NCBI GenBank assembly: GCA_963514005.1
Contig: OY740809.1
Coordinates: 22,010,001 to 22,074,000, forward strand
Reading direction: 5' to 3'
DNA: 64,000 bases
DNA from: Raja brachyura
Taxonomy: Eukaryota
Shown: one piece after another, positions 1 to 11,712 of the stretch
Position numbering within the stretch: the first letter of the stretch is position 1
How the letters are laid out: every line of letters begins with the position of its first letter
Made by a program: the position numbers and the translations under genes
The notes under the pieces: generated by a model
What the model was told of the DNA's origin: nothing
Seen by the model: the letters and a program-made list of their open reading frames with translations, nothing else
Database searches by the model: none

Positions 1-84
1 AAGCTGGAGTAACTCAGCGGGACAGGTAGCATCTCTGGAGAGAAGGAATATGTGACGTTTCGGGTCGAGACCCTTCTTCAGACT
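1..84 (-). mobile_element. Short Penelope-like-derived repeat arm with intact hammerhead-like core (cut by window start)
   Basis: Reverse complement of 52-84 reads AGT CTGAAGA A GGGT CTCG ACCC GAAA CGTC AC; the same family recurs many times in the window. Confidence 0.8.
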
Positions 85-759
85 ATTTATTTGAGTTACC
101 AGATTCATTCGGTTCCCAGTAGCGTAACAACCCGCTTGATGTACCGAAATAACGGACTGATCCGTACTGACTGTGGTTGGGAAACAGCAGCATTAACCAT
201 TCTTACTGAAGTCATGTATGGCTTTAAGTGGACGCACAGTCGATCACTACGCTCCGAGTTCCAATCTATGTGAAGTTCGGCGGCAAAGCTAAGTGTTGTC
301 TCTGTGCTCCAGGACTCCAAGAGAATCGCCTCTCCGATTGGAGACTCCGTTCATTTAAAAGTGTTGCACTTGAATTACTACAACATTGTCTTTAAGTCGT
401 TTTAGTTTAGTTTTTGAATTAATGTTATTATTTTCAAACTTTTAAAAAACCATTGAGATTATTTCCATTATTTTTAACAACTCTAAATGTCAGAAACATT
501 TAACATTTGAAATTCTTTGCTAACTTTAACAAAGGCAAATCTGCGACTCCTGGTTTGCCAACGGTTAAAGCCCGTCAGGCCCTTCCCTGGAGAAAGTCCG
601 AAGCAGTGCTCACCTGAGGTTTATTCATTTGCTGGGATTTCACGATCCCTCAAGGCTAAGAAAGGCAGATGAATTCCACCCATTTACTCGAGTCGGTGCA
701 GGGTGGCCTGTCCAGGCAGTGGTGCAGCAAGATTACGTCCAATAGATGTAGGTAAGGCG

Positions 760-935
760 TCAAGAGTCAAGAGTGTTTTCTTGTCATATGCCCCGAAACG
801 GAACAATTAAATTCTTATTTTCAGCAGCACAACAGATATGTAAACATAGTACTCTATGGTCAGTACCCGTGATGGACTGGGCAGTGTTTACCACTTTTGG
901 CAATCTTCTTCGTTCCTGGGCGTTTGAGTTGCTGA
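760..935 (-). mobile_element. Rex1/Babar-like LINE 3' fragment
   Basis: Minus ORF FSNSNAQERRRLPKVVNTAQSITG resembles the Rex1-type RT C-terminus; short tandem tail (tcaagag)2. Confidence 0.6.
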
Positions 936-2080
936 ATTTTATAATCTTCAAACATTGGGCTTCTGGCACTGCCTTAAAATGTCAATTGTACTGTTTTCCT
1001 TTCACTGAACCCTTATAATATGCTAATTTAAAAAATAATATACGGTTTGTATGGAGTAATAGGGGTATAATTTAATCCTGATTTTGAAGTGGCATCCATA
1101 AAACATTGTAGCTTTCCTCTTGTGGTTATGATATCATTTGAATCTTCTAATTAAACTATACCCTTTACTGTTCGATTATAACCATCTACAGTTCTTTTCA
1201 TCTGTTCATTGTGAGAAATAAAAACAAATGGAGAGAGGGTGAAATCTAACAAATCTTGAATTAGTATCTGTAAATGACATCTAGAATCTGTAAATTCCCT
1301 TAGCTTTGTGAAGTTGGACGAAGGTGGAAAACTAACTGCATATATTCCTCAAATGGTCAACGTAAGAGTGCACGTTTTAATAATGTTTTGTACCCTTCCA
1401 CCAAACTCTTATTGTTAAACCGTGGAATTTAGTATTGTGTTTGTTCTGTTTCAAGTTTAATTCATGCACAGTTCTTTTATTTATTCTCAACACATAAGGT
1501 TAAATCTACACCATGAGAAATATATTAGAAACACGCATGCTTTTTAAGATTGCTTCTCACTGCTGAAATCTCTTCATGTTTGATATAATACTACAAATAG
1601 ATGCAACTCTTCACTACTTCATGATGTTATAATGAATGGGGAATATTGAAAGCATTATTTAAATGGAATATCACGTCAAATCCAGCCCTTTCTTACAATT
1701 CACACTGACTAATCAGAATAAAATAATCAGAACATGAAGAGTACCCACGCACAATGGGACTATTTACACGATTCTTGGTTGCAGATCATAAGTAAGGCCA
1801 GTCAATTGAATAGAGGCAAGAAATTGTTCGAATGATTCAATTATGTGCATATTTGGTTTAGAAAAAGTGCATCCAATGTTAACGCAAAGCATTCTTTCTA
1901 GCTTACTTTTCAATTATATCCGGAATCAATATTTAGCTCAATGAAAATGAATACACGGACAACTAGTGCCACCTCAAAACTAACCAATGGTCTGTCTGCA
2001 GAGGTATGAATACTTTTTAACCCTCTCAAATGTGTTTGTGAAATGTGATCAATACCAGCACCTTCTCAGAATAATATGGA

Positions 2081-2738
2081 AGAGCTCCTCTACTTTCTCA
2101 GATTAATATGGAAGTTTGGCACGTCTCCAACCACTCTTACCAACTTCTGCTACAGCTGCACCATAGAAAGCAACCTATCAGGATGCATCACAGCTTCGTT
2201 TGACAACAGCTCTGCCCAAGATCACAGGAGATTGCAGAGTCGTGGATGCAACCCAATCCACCATACAGAACCAACCTCCCCACCATCGACCCCATCTACT
2301 CGTCATGCTGCCTCAGAAAAGTAGCCAACATAATCAAAGACCATTTTCACCCCAGTCATTCCCCCTTTTCACTTCTCCCATCAGACAGAAGATACAAAAG
2401 CTTGAAAGCACGAACTACTAGATTTAGAAACAGATTCTTCCCCTCTGCTATCATACTACTGAATTGTCCTTCCATAGGCTAGGGTGTATCCCCAGTCTCC
2501 CTATCTACCTCATTGTGGACCTTGCAGTTTTTCTCTGTAACTGTATAGCCATTAAGCCGTACAAAATATTCTGCACCCTGGTATTTTTCTTTTGTAGTAG
2601 GCATTTCTTTGTTTCTCTACCTGTTGTACTTTTGCTTGCTTAATTGTACTCATGTATAGAATGATTTGACTGGATATCATGCAAACAATGCATTTCACTG
2701 TATCTCAATACATGGAACAATAATAAAACAACACCAAT
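2081..2738 (+). mobile_element. Rex1/Babar-like LINE, degenerate 3' end of RT ORF plus 3' UTR
   Basis: LYFLRLIWKFG..TLTNFCYSCTIESNLSGCITA..AQDHRRLQ and IIKDHFHPSHSPFSLLPSDRRYKSLKARTTRFRNRFFPSAI in shifted frames. Confidence 0.8.
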
Positions 2739-3018
2739 TTATGACACTTTCCTGGTTGTTCTGAAAAGATGATGCTAAGTAGTAAAGTTTACAATACATT
2801 TGAACTAGCAATGATGAAGGAACTGATCTTTCAGGGTATTGTACAATTTGGTGATGGTAGGGATCCTGTGAAGTTACAGGCTTTCTCAAGGCTGTGTGGT
2901 GCAGTTAAAATAAGATGCACAGAATCCGTGGAGCCCTGCTGAATAACACTGCATTTCAATGCCAGAAATGAAGGAAGATATTTGTTCGTTTTAGTCTTTA
3001 AATAAAAGCCACGTAACT

Positions 3019-3054
<36 letters not shown>

Positions 3055-3199
3055 ATTGCAAACAATTGTTTGTTCTCTCTTGTCTCCAATGCTTTAAGCA
3101 TTATGTGCTCATTAACCCTCTTATGACATTAGTCATGTGTTTCCTTCTTAACAATTTAAACCTGAATCCTCAAATTTTACCCTGGTACGTTAATTTGCA

Positions 3200-3420
3200 A
3201 TGAGTATTCAGAATTTACCTTTTCTGTATTAATTATTTTATTGTGTATTTTCATAAGACCACCTCTAGTTTTAAGTTCAAAAAGTCCAAGTTTCAGCAAC
3301 CTTTTCTTATAAGTCAGCCGACTAACACTAGGGGTCAGCTTGACAGTTCTTATCTGCACTGACGCGAGCACAAAGCCTGTGTCACGGTGACCAAGATTGA
3401 ATGCAATCCTCAAGATATGT
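3200..3420 (-). mobile_element. Old CR1 LINE fragment
   Basis: Minus-strand translation LTYKKRLLKLGLFELKTRGGL matches the CR1 ORF2 C-terminal motif (LSYEERL..LGLFSLEKRRLRGDL). Confidence 0.6.
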
Positions 3421-4835
3421 TCTGATTGCAGGGCGGACTGGTTAGTTTATTGACTTGGTACATACACATATCAAATAACGTTTTTGATGTTCAGTTTCGT
3501 TCCACGTATTTAACTTTACAGTTACATTTGAAGCTGGCAAAAGTTTTAGAAGTGTGTAAGTGAGTTACCCGCTTCCTTCCTTCTACCCTCTTCCTTTAAC
3601 AGGAGCTCTGCGGATGCAGATCAAAGTGCATCCTCAAAAGTGAAACACACATCTTCTGTGATAAATAACTTGAAGTTGTCAAATTTAGACTGACAATCCG
3701 CTTGCTCCTTGCAACATTTTACTGCATTGGTGACAAATAAATAAATAACGTTTTCTTGATCATAAATACATTTTTTCTTGTAATTTGGGGAAATAATGCT
3801 TTTGAGATGGCTTATAATCACATTTGCCCTTTCAGATTTAGATGTGTAAAAATGTTATGTTGTGGCTAGTTTCTGAAATTGCGTCCTGTTCCGGATAAGT
3901 GGTGAAACCTCGGCTTTTGGGACCTAACTAAACATAACAAACAATTTAAGTGATCTGTTTGAAGAACTGCAAAATTAACAAGGAAATGGCAAAGAATGGA
4001 TTCGGAATTGGATTTGGAATGGGTATGTTCAATGCCAAATTAAATAAAATGAAATACATAGAGAGGGCACATTTGATCAATAACACAAATAAAATAGTGA
4101 AAAGAAATGTATTTATTTAAACTGTAATCTCAACGTTATTCCCATTATCCCATTAACGATACTTAAAAAAAAAATACAATGAGACTCTGTATTTTAAAGA
4201 GACAAGGTACTAATTTTATTTATCACCGTTTTGAAAGTGTTTATCAATGCTCCAGTTGCGGTGACTTGTTCTTTTACAAATTTAATTGTGCGAACACACC
4301 AATATCGCAAACATTTCAACGAATTTCACTCATAAAAAAAGGCTGTGTGGCAGTGCAGCAGAACTGGGATGGCGAGTTAATTGTATACCGGTCCCATGTC
4401 CTAATTTGCTCCACCTTGTAAGTTCAAATACCTGCGAGCGCCGATCGCTGTTTCAACAACAAAACCTGGACCGATTATAAACTTTAATGAAGTTTAGTAA
4501 ATTGCTTACAAGAAAGTTCTGCAATTTATGCAAAGCGGAAGGAGCAAAAGTCTGATCAGCTTGAAGGTGTGACCCTCGGTAAAGCGGAGTGGCTTTGTAC
4601 CACGACTTCTCCGTGAGTTACATTGAGGTTAGTGACAAAGGAGCTGTGCTTGAACGCACAAACAGAACTCTAAACTTGTGAGGTTAATGTTTAATGTTAA
4701 GAGCCTACAGGCAAATTTCAGGCCTTCTCTTGGGAAAGGAGATCTTTATAATGTTCCCAGCAGATTCAGCATATTATCCGGGGATTTTTAGAATGTGAAT
4801 TCTCACCAGCCTGGAGTTAACTTGTTACCAACGCC

Positions 4836-4931
4836 AGTCTGAAGAAGGGTCTCGACCTGAAACGTCACCCATTCCTTCCCTCCAGAGATGCTGCCTGTCC
4901 CGCTGAGTTACTCCAGGATTTTATGTCTATC
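4836..4931 (+). mobile_element. Penelope-like-derived repeat arm with near-intact hammerhead-like core
   Basis: CTGAAGA (4839-4845) A GGGT CTCG ACCT GAAA (4859-4862) CGTC ACC, then the family arm ccagagatgctgcctgtcccgctgagttactccag. Confidence 0.8.
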
Positions 4932-7900
4932 ACCAATAAAATTATCTTCTTCGGGTGATTTTTACGCAGCCTCGGAAGTTTTCATGCTCATTTCAGTCTC
5001 TCGGTTGGATCTTGTTGGTCGTTTTGATTCACATCGAAGACCGATTGCGTACATATTTGAATAATTCACTATCAGATTTAATATTTAATCTGAAATCCCA
5101 ATTTTTGCAACAAAACATTGCCCAGAATTTTTAACAACAAAAAATCGTCACAGATTCGGTCTCATTCGACCAGGCAACCGGACAGCTGATCTTATCGTTG
5201 ATCTCGGGGCACAGTACTTTTTAGAGCGGTATGCTTGCTCATCCATAAATAATTGCAAGTGTTCACAGTAAATCTACACCGAGGACTGGAGTTAAATCTG
5301 ACTTCAGGATTTGGGAGAGAAAGGGGCAAGTTCTCTTGTCGATATCCATTTTAAATTCTGAAACTTGTGCTGACTTTTAGAGTTTAGGACCTGATGTGTA
5401 TATTAGTTTAAGGCTATCAAGCTGTGGAGGCAAGACAAAATTGGGACGATTTCTGCCAATGGAGCTGCGGTTGTTCCACTTGGTGTCGCTGTGACACCGA
5501 TCCACAGTATTTCTTTGCCGGGGCGAGATGCTCAGCGGCACTGAACCCAGTGCGGACGAGAACAGAGAGAACTTCATGCTGGATGGATGCACTACTGTGA
5601 AAAAAACAAACTCGCGCAGTTTAATGTTAAAACGTTCGTCTTTTTAAACAACGGCTAGCAACTGGAGGGCGAACAAGTGCAATCTTCGAACGGAAAACGA
5701 GTCTTCTAAATCTCATTTTCGAATTTCGAATTTTACAAATTATTTTGAACACATTTCGTATGCCTGAATTATTTCACCGGTTGTTGGTTTCCCCCTACTA
5801 TTTGACATTGTCTTTTACTATTTGCATCCCGGGTGTGTTTCTGCGTGTGCGGGCGTGTTGTGGGGTAGATGTGGTGAGGGTCAGTCATGATATTTAGTTA
5901 TAGAAGCCGTACTTTACTGGAAAATAATTCACGTTGGGTTGGCGCCTAATGGGAGACTGTAACAGCGCCAGTTCGATTGTCAGTTTGTGATTTAGCGCAG
6001 AAGTAATCCAAATCTATCAATACATGTGCGGCAGTAAAACTGGGATTTGATAACCAAAATAATGTAATAGTTGATTTAATTAAAACTGTTAAAATAATGA
6101 ATTTAGCCTTTCCAACGCCGATAAGATTCACCCACAACCGCTTCCCCCGTCCTTCTGTCCAACAACAAAACAAAAAGCCGGGGATAGCTGCAGGCGACAG
6201 AGGGAGAATTCAATTGATTTTAATGTGAGATCTTCAATCTGTGAATGTCCCTCAAAGCTGACACTGGGAACCGGGGGCTCAATCCAACAACATAAGTATT
6301 ATGCAAAGACGGGCAGGGACAAAATCAAATCACATACACATTTACAACAGAAAACGCAACACCAATCGGCGATGTAAGTTACTTAAAAAAGCTGTAAGCA
6401 GTTAGAGAATAGCAATAATATACATTAGGTTGCATCAAATCGCAGTACGTCAAGAAAGATAAACGAACGCCAACAGCAATGAAGCATAGGGATATAGCGA
6501 AGACTGAAATATTTGATAGCAAATATCAAAAATTGAATTCAGATGGAAACGTTTACAAAAGACACGTGGTTATGTGCAGATGACATTTTAATAAATTAGA
6601 AATCGACTTTTTACATAAAGAAAACCATCTAAAATGTGTATGGACATAATTATATAAAAACTGCAGAACCTTAAAATTGTTATTTGAGGAATTCAAAAAA
6701 AAAAGAGAAGTAAACACTACTTGCATCTGTTTTTTATATCACTTCACGAGGTTCATCTCCAGGAAAGCATGCGGATATTACACTGTTAAGTAACATTAGT
6801 TTCGCAAACTGGAAGAAGCAACGGTATTCTGCGGACTAATTACCTGGAAAGTGACGCATCTCCGAAAACCGGGTCAACTGATGAATTGTGTTAAATGTAA
6901 TAAAAGCCAACCGAATCCCCATCCAATTTTAAATCTTAAGCATGACTAATGTCGTTCCTCTTTAAAAAAAACTTCTAAAAAGTTAATTGATTTTAAAAAT
7001 ATAATACCCCTTACTTTAATTGTATAAACTATCCATTATTTACCCCCCCCCCCCCCCCCCCCCGTCAGCACCTTCCCTCCCCAAAAATGAGAAAGATTAT
7101 GCTGGGAGTTGAGGAAGTAGGGGGCTTCGTCCATGTTTTAAAATATTGGAAGTTCCTTAGGGAGGTCTAGCTCCCCGTTATATTCTGATTTATAAATGAC
7201 CAGTCTATTGTCGTGGAGACACCATTTCTATTCTTCCTTTGATTCCATACGTAGTATGTATACATAAGTATGTACTATAACCCAATCTAACATTCTCACC
7301 CCATTCCTTCCCCCTTACGTATTTCACTGGCTTTCTGCATTTTGTCAAAAGATATGACATATTTCGAAGCAATCTGACGAGTTTGGTCTTATAAAGATGT
7401 AAATATCATGTATTTATACTCTTTAAGATCTCTCGTACGTGTTGACCTGAACGTGAACATTTAAAATGTTTCGTTATTTTGATCTATAGATTTCCTCGGG
7501 ACCTGTGTCGGATTTGATCTATGGGGGGGGGGGGGGGGGGGGGGGGGGGATTAGTACTTCTTTGGAAGGACAGCATGTCCACAAATGAAACCTTTCACCC
7601 AAGTTCCGGGTTAGCTACATGTTCCTAAAATCGATAACTTTCCTTTAGATTATTTTAGACTAACAATTATAAAAATGAAGCAATGAAACATTTTCTAGAT
7701 CTCAATCATGTGATCTCACAGTTTAGCTGCTGGGTAAGGCATTGGGAAGTATATAGGCAGCAAGAGCATTTAGGAAAGTGTATATAATGTTCCCTGATAC
7801 CAGTTCTTCATGGACATCTATTGCTTTAACTTGACAAATTCTAACAAATATTGAGGATGTTCTTAATGCAATTTATTTTCAACGCTCGGATCACCTGACC

Positions 7901-10249
7901 TCGTTTGATCAGAGAAGCTGCTTTGCTGAAGAGCGGAAAGTTTTGATTTTCAAGATGCAATCCTCAGCTGAAATATGGCCACAAAGGACGACACTGTGCT
8001 ACGGGATAGGCCGGGAGAAAGCCCGCTGGATGGTTCATCATTATTTAACATATGGTTGTAATGGGTGACTCTCGCAATCACTGCTGAAAGTGAGATGCAG
8101 CGAGATGTGCTAATATACAATACAACTAAGTATATTGGACCACCGCGCTTCCACACCCCACCTTCACACCATGTATCTTAAAGGTGTATCTTGTTTTAAA
8201 AATCAGGACTTACAAATATCGATCCCTCATAAACTAAAACACACCTTCTTGCGTGTATATATTTACAGGCCTTAATCGCTCTGCCTTATTCTGCCCCTTC
8301 TCCGCACACATTTATTTTTAATACAGACGTGGAAGTGGACAATTGATCCTGAAATGAATTAAAGAGAAACCCCTGGTCAATAGCAAAAGATTGAAATACC
8401 ATCCCGATTACAAACGATGACTTTCGCAAATCCGCAGGCCAGCACGCGCCTGGTATCTCGTGTCTAAAATATGTATCGCCCTGTACCTGATTCATAAATT
8501 ACTCCCATAAAGGCTTTTTTAATGGAACTGTGAATTGTTTTTGCCCCATTAAAACCTACCGTGCACAGTTTTAAACTTTCAGGTGATTTGTTTCGGAAAG
8601 TTTTCTAATATTATTTTGAATTTACTGTTTCGATTTAAAATATCCTGGAACCTGCAGCAAGCACATTGGGGTTTTAAAATGTAAATTAGCTACCCCCTGT
8701 GGCAATGCCATTACGAAATGGCCATTACAACTGACCCAAACTTTTTTTTAAACTAACATTCCGGTTAACCATAGGTTAGGATGAAGACGAGATATTTTTG
8801 AACACCGCCTTGAATATAGGTAATGTTGACGTTTAATTACTGTTCTGAGATTCGGTTATTGTATCGACCCACATTCCTGTTAATTAAATCGGAGACAGTA
8901 TCAAGTTACCACACCCACCTCACCGCCTGTTTCGTCCGCATTGAGCCGTATGTCTGAACGGCGAAATATAAAGTTTCCAAAAATGTATCCGAGTAAAGTG
9001 TAAAACAATGGGGATAAAATTCACAGCAAATATCACAAATATTGTTGCTACAATGCTCAACTAATTACCTAGCTAGAAAGGAAATCAAAGCAATTCTGGA
9101 GCTGAGAACTAATCCGATATCTTATTAGTTCCACCTGCTAATTAACAACTTAATTTTAATATCAAGTATTCGGAAATGTAAGTAACATTTTGTAATTGCA
9201 CATTTAATGTTACAGTTGTAATTTGCAAAGTTACCGACACAGGTATTGGCATTGTAACTTACTTTTCCAGATCACCATGGGTTGGTTTGGATTTGGAGAG
9301 CCTTTGAACCTGCAAGAGTTGAATGAGACAATAATAAGGGAGGACTAGAAATATATAGGGGAGCGAGTTTAGAAAAATATGAACGTTAGCGTTTCACAGA
9401 ATACCATCGCAACGAGTACACTAGAAATGATATGCCCTCTTTACTGTTGATAATAATTTGTTAAATGCCTCTCCTTTATTAAAAGAGTTAACCAATAAGT
9501 CTAAAAACATGACATGCCGACCATAGTATAAAATGTAAATATTACAGATACCTTTATCATCACACACTCTCCAGAAGCGTGTGCATCTTAATATTTTTTT
9601 AAAATTTCATTCATTTTTATGTGTAATCTGAATACGGGTAGGCAACAACGACTAACTACAATATGTTTTGTTTCTTTTGGTGGAATCGACGCATCTCCGA
9701 GGCTTTGGGGAGACTTGGAAACTCGGCTTGCATTCAGCACAAAGCTGGGCAGCTTTTTCGAATAGTTGTGAGGCAGAGGAGCCGCAAGCGACGCCAACTG
9801 CTCGATGCATTCAGATTTAAAACAGGCCCTCCGGCACCCTCCCCGGTCGGTAGAAAAGGGTGGATAAAACCGGCTGCCGTCGCGTTTGCTGACTTCCATC
9901 GTTCGGGGCCACTCTCAAACTTTAGACCATTTGGATGTGTTGAGGATTTGAACAGATCCCCCCAAAGATATATGTGTCTTTTAATGCTTTAAAAAAAACG
10001 TATATATTGTTAAAAGTGTGTTCGTTTTCTGTTAAACGATTAATCTGCTTCGTGAAAGGGTTGCTTCGCACATTACTCTGGAGCTCTGGATTATTTGTTG
10101 CCTTTGCGTACGACTTGGAGGGAACTCCGTGGTGGTTATGTGTAAAGCGCACACGTGGACAGTTCTTATAAATAAAATGTTCAAATTGCGTTATACTATC
10201 TCTTGCTTTTCTTTGAAATGTCTCTTTCGGTTCCACCACTATTTCCCTT

Positions 10250-10400
10250 TCCCTCCCGGACCAGGAGTTGCTCAATTTGATACAGGAAGTGCGCGTCCCC
10301 GGAGCCGAGCGTCGGGAACGCGCGGCGCTCGTTCACGCCTGGCTGATTAAAGATTTGCTGATATTTAATAGAAGAGAAAGCCCGGACTCAGTGGGAGAGA
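10250..10400 (+). promoter_or_regulatory. Putative core promoter of the TFAP2 gene
   Basis: CpG-rich block 10290-10345; TATA-like TATTTAA at 10362 with Inr-like TCAGT 28 bp downstream (A at 10390); about 240 bp upstream of the start codon. Confidence 0.5.
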
Positions 10401-10409
10401 CACACAGCA

Positions 10410-10433
10410 AGAGAGAGAGAGAGAGAGAGAGAG
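10410..10433. repeat. (GA)n microsatellite in putative 5' UTR
   Basis: Direct reading. Confidence 0.95.
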
Positions 10434-10550
10434 AAACTCGGATCCCATCTTAGCCTCTTGGTTTCTCTACCGAATAAATTCCCAGCACACGGATCTTTAT
10501 ATGGATTTTGGACTCATTTTCTCCTAATTCTTTGGAGTTGCTCCGATTGA

Positions 10551-10553
<3 letters not shown>

Positions 10554-10582
<29 letters not shown>
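10554..10582. repeat. (CA)n microsatellite in putative 5' UTR
   Basis: Direct reading. Confidence 0.95.
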
Positions 10583-10586
<4 letters not shown>

Positions 10587-10628
10587 AGACTGGGATTGTT
10601 TGGGATTTGGTTCCCTGAGATCGCACAG

Positions 10629-10655
10629 ATGTTGGTGCACACATATGCGGCAATG
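10629..10655 (+). CDS. tfap2e: AP-2 transcription factor, coding exon 1 (MLVHTYAAM)
   Basis: ATG TTG GTG CAC ACA TAT GCG GCA ATG followed by donor gtgagt; matches the TFAP2E N-terminus MLVHTYSAM (similar alternative first exons exist in TFAP2A/B); phase 0 fits exon 2. Confidence 0.9.
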
Positions 10656-11250
10656 GTGAGTACGCAGAGAGGGAAAACGGCGCTGTTTATATCGGATCGA
10701 AGCTGCAAGCGTTATCGGGGCTGCCTTTATTTTCTGATCGAGTAAAATACAACAGATGGTTTAGGCGACGCGCGTTGGGTTTTTTTTTTACCCGCCGTTT
10801 TCGTTATTTTGGCTAACTTTTTCCCCGTACCTCGCAATGATAAACGTGTCAAAAAACTGCAACTCCCACAAAGGACAACTTTACCCACAGCGGAAAAGCA
10901 AAAGGAGAGAGCTGTGGGGACGGGGGGTGCGTGGGGAGTGGCGGTGCTGAGGAGGGAGGGGGTCGTTTCTCCTCAGGGCTAGTGGTGGGGGTGGGTTGAC
11001 TTTATTTCCGGATTTGCAGGCGATATATTTCCTCACAGTACTTTGTCAGGGGGGGGAAAAAAGGCCGATTTTACCCATTGGCAGAAGTTCGGCGGTGAAT
11101 TGAATTTAATACACAGGACTACGAAAACGGCAAGGACCAGCAAATTAAATGAAAGGACGGATCGAAGAAGGTTGTGTTGCTTTGCCTCACTCTGCTGTGT
11201 GCAGTCGATGAGTTTGACTCCTGTAATGGGTCTTGTGTTTCCTCTCGCAG

Positions 11251-11712
11251 GATCGGCACGATGGAATGAACAGCAGCCACAGTGCCCGCCTCGCCCAGCT
11301 CGGCTCCATGAGCCAGGCGCCCTACTCCACGGCCCCGCCGCTCTCGCACACCCCTTCGTCGGATTTCCAGCCGCCGTACTTCCCGCCGCCCTACCAGCCC
11401 TTGCCCTACCCTCAGAGCCAGGAGCCCTACGGTCACGTCAACGATCCTTACTCCCTGGCCAGCCCTCTGCACCAGCCCCAACAGCACCCGTGGCAGCAGA
11501 GGCAACGCCAGGAGGTGGGGGCCGAGCAGGGAATCCTGCACCAACCCCGGGGTCTGTCTCAGTTGTCAAGCCTTGACCACCGTCGGGATTACCATGGGCT
11601 CCGGCGGCCAGATGTGCTGCTCCACTCCGGCCACGGCCTTGACTCCAACCACGGGCTGGTTGACACGCTGGCTCTCCACGCTCTCAACCATCACGGACTG
11701 GACGATGTACAG
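11251..11712 (+). CDS. tfap2e: AP-2 transcription factor, exon 2 (P/Q-rich activation domain with PY motif)
   Basis: Acceptor cctctcgcag, DRHDG...[17 protein letters not shown]...GLDDVQ, donor gtaggg; 462 nt, phase 0/0. Family certain, paralogue identity less so (E about 0.65, B alternative). Confidence 0.95.

Noticed and set aside
1-10600. Upstream MLWKL-type alternative first exon of TFAP2A/B/C
   Set aside because: Not found by eye; it could lie outside the window
11043-11576. 177-aa + ORF and 141-aa - ORF overlapping exon 2
   Set aside because: Alternative-frame and antisense shadows of a GC-rich exon; no recognisable domain
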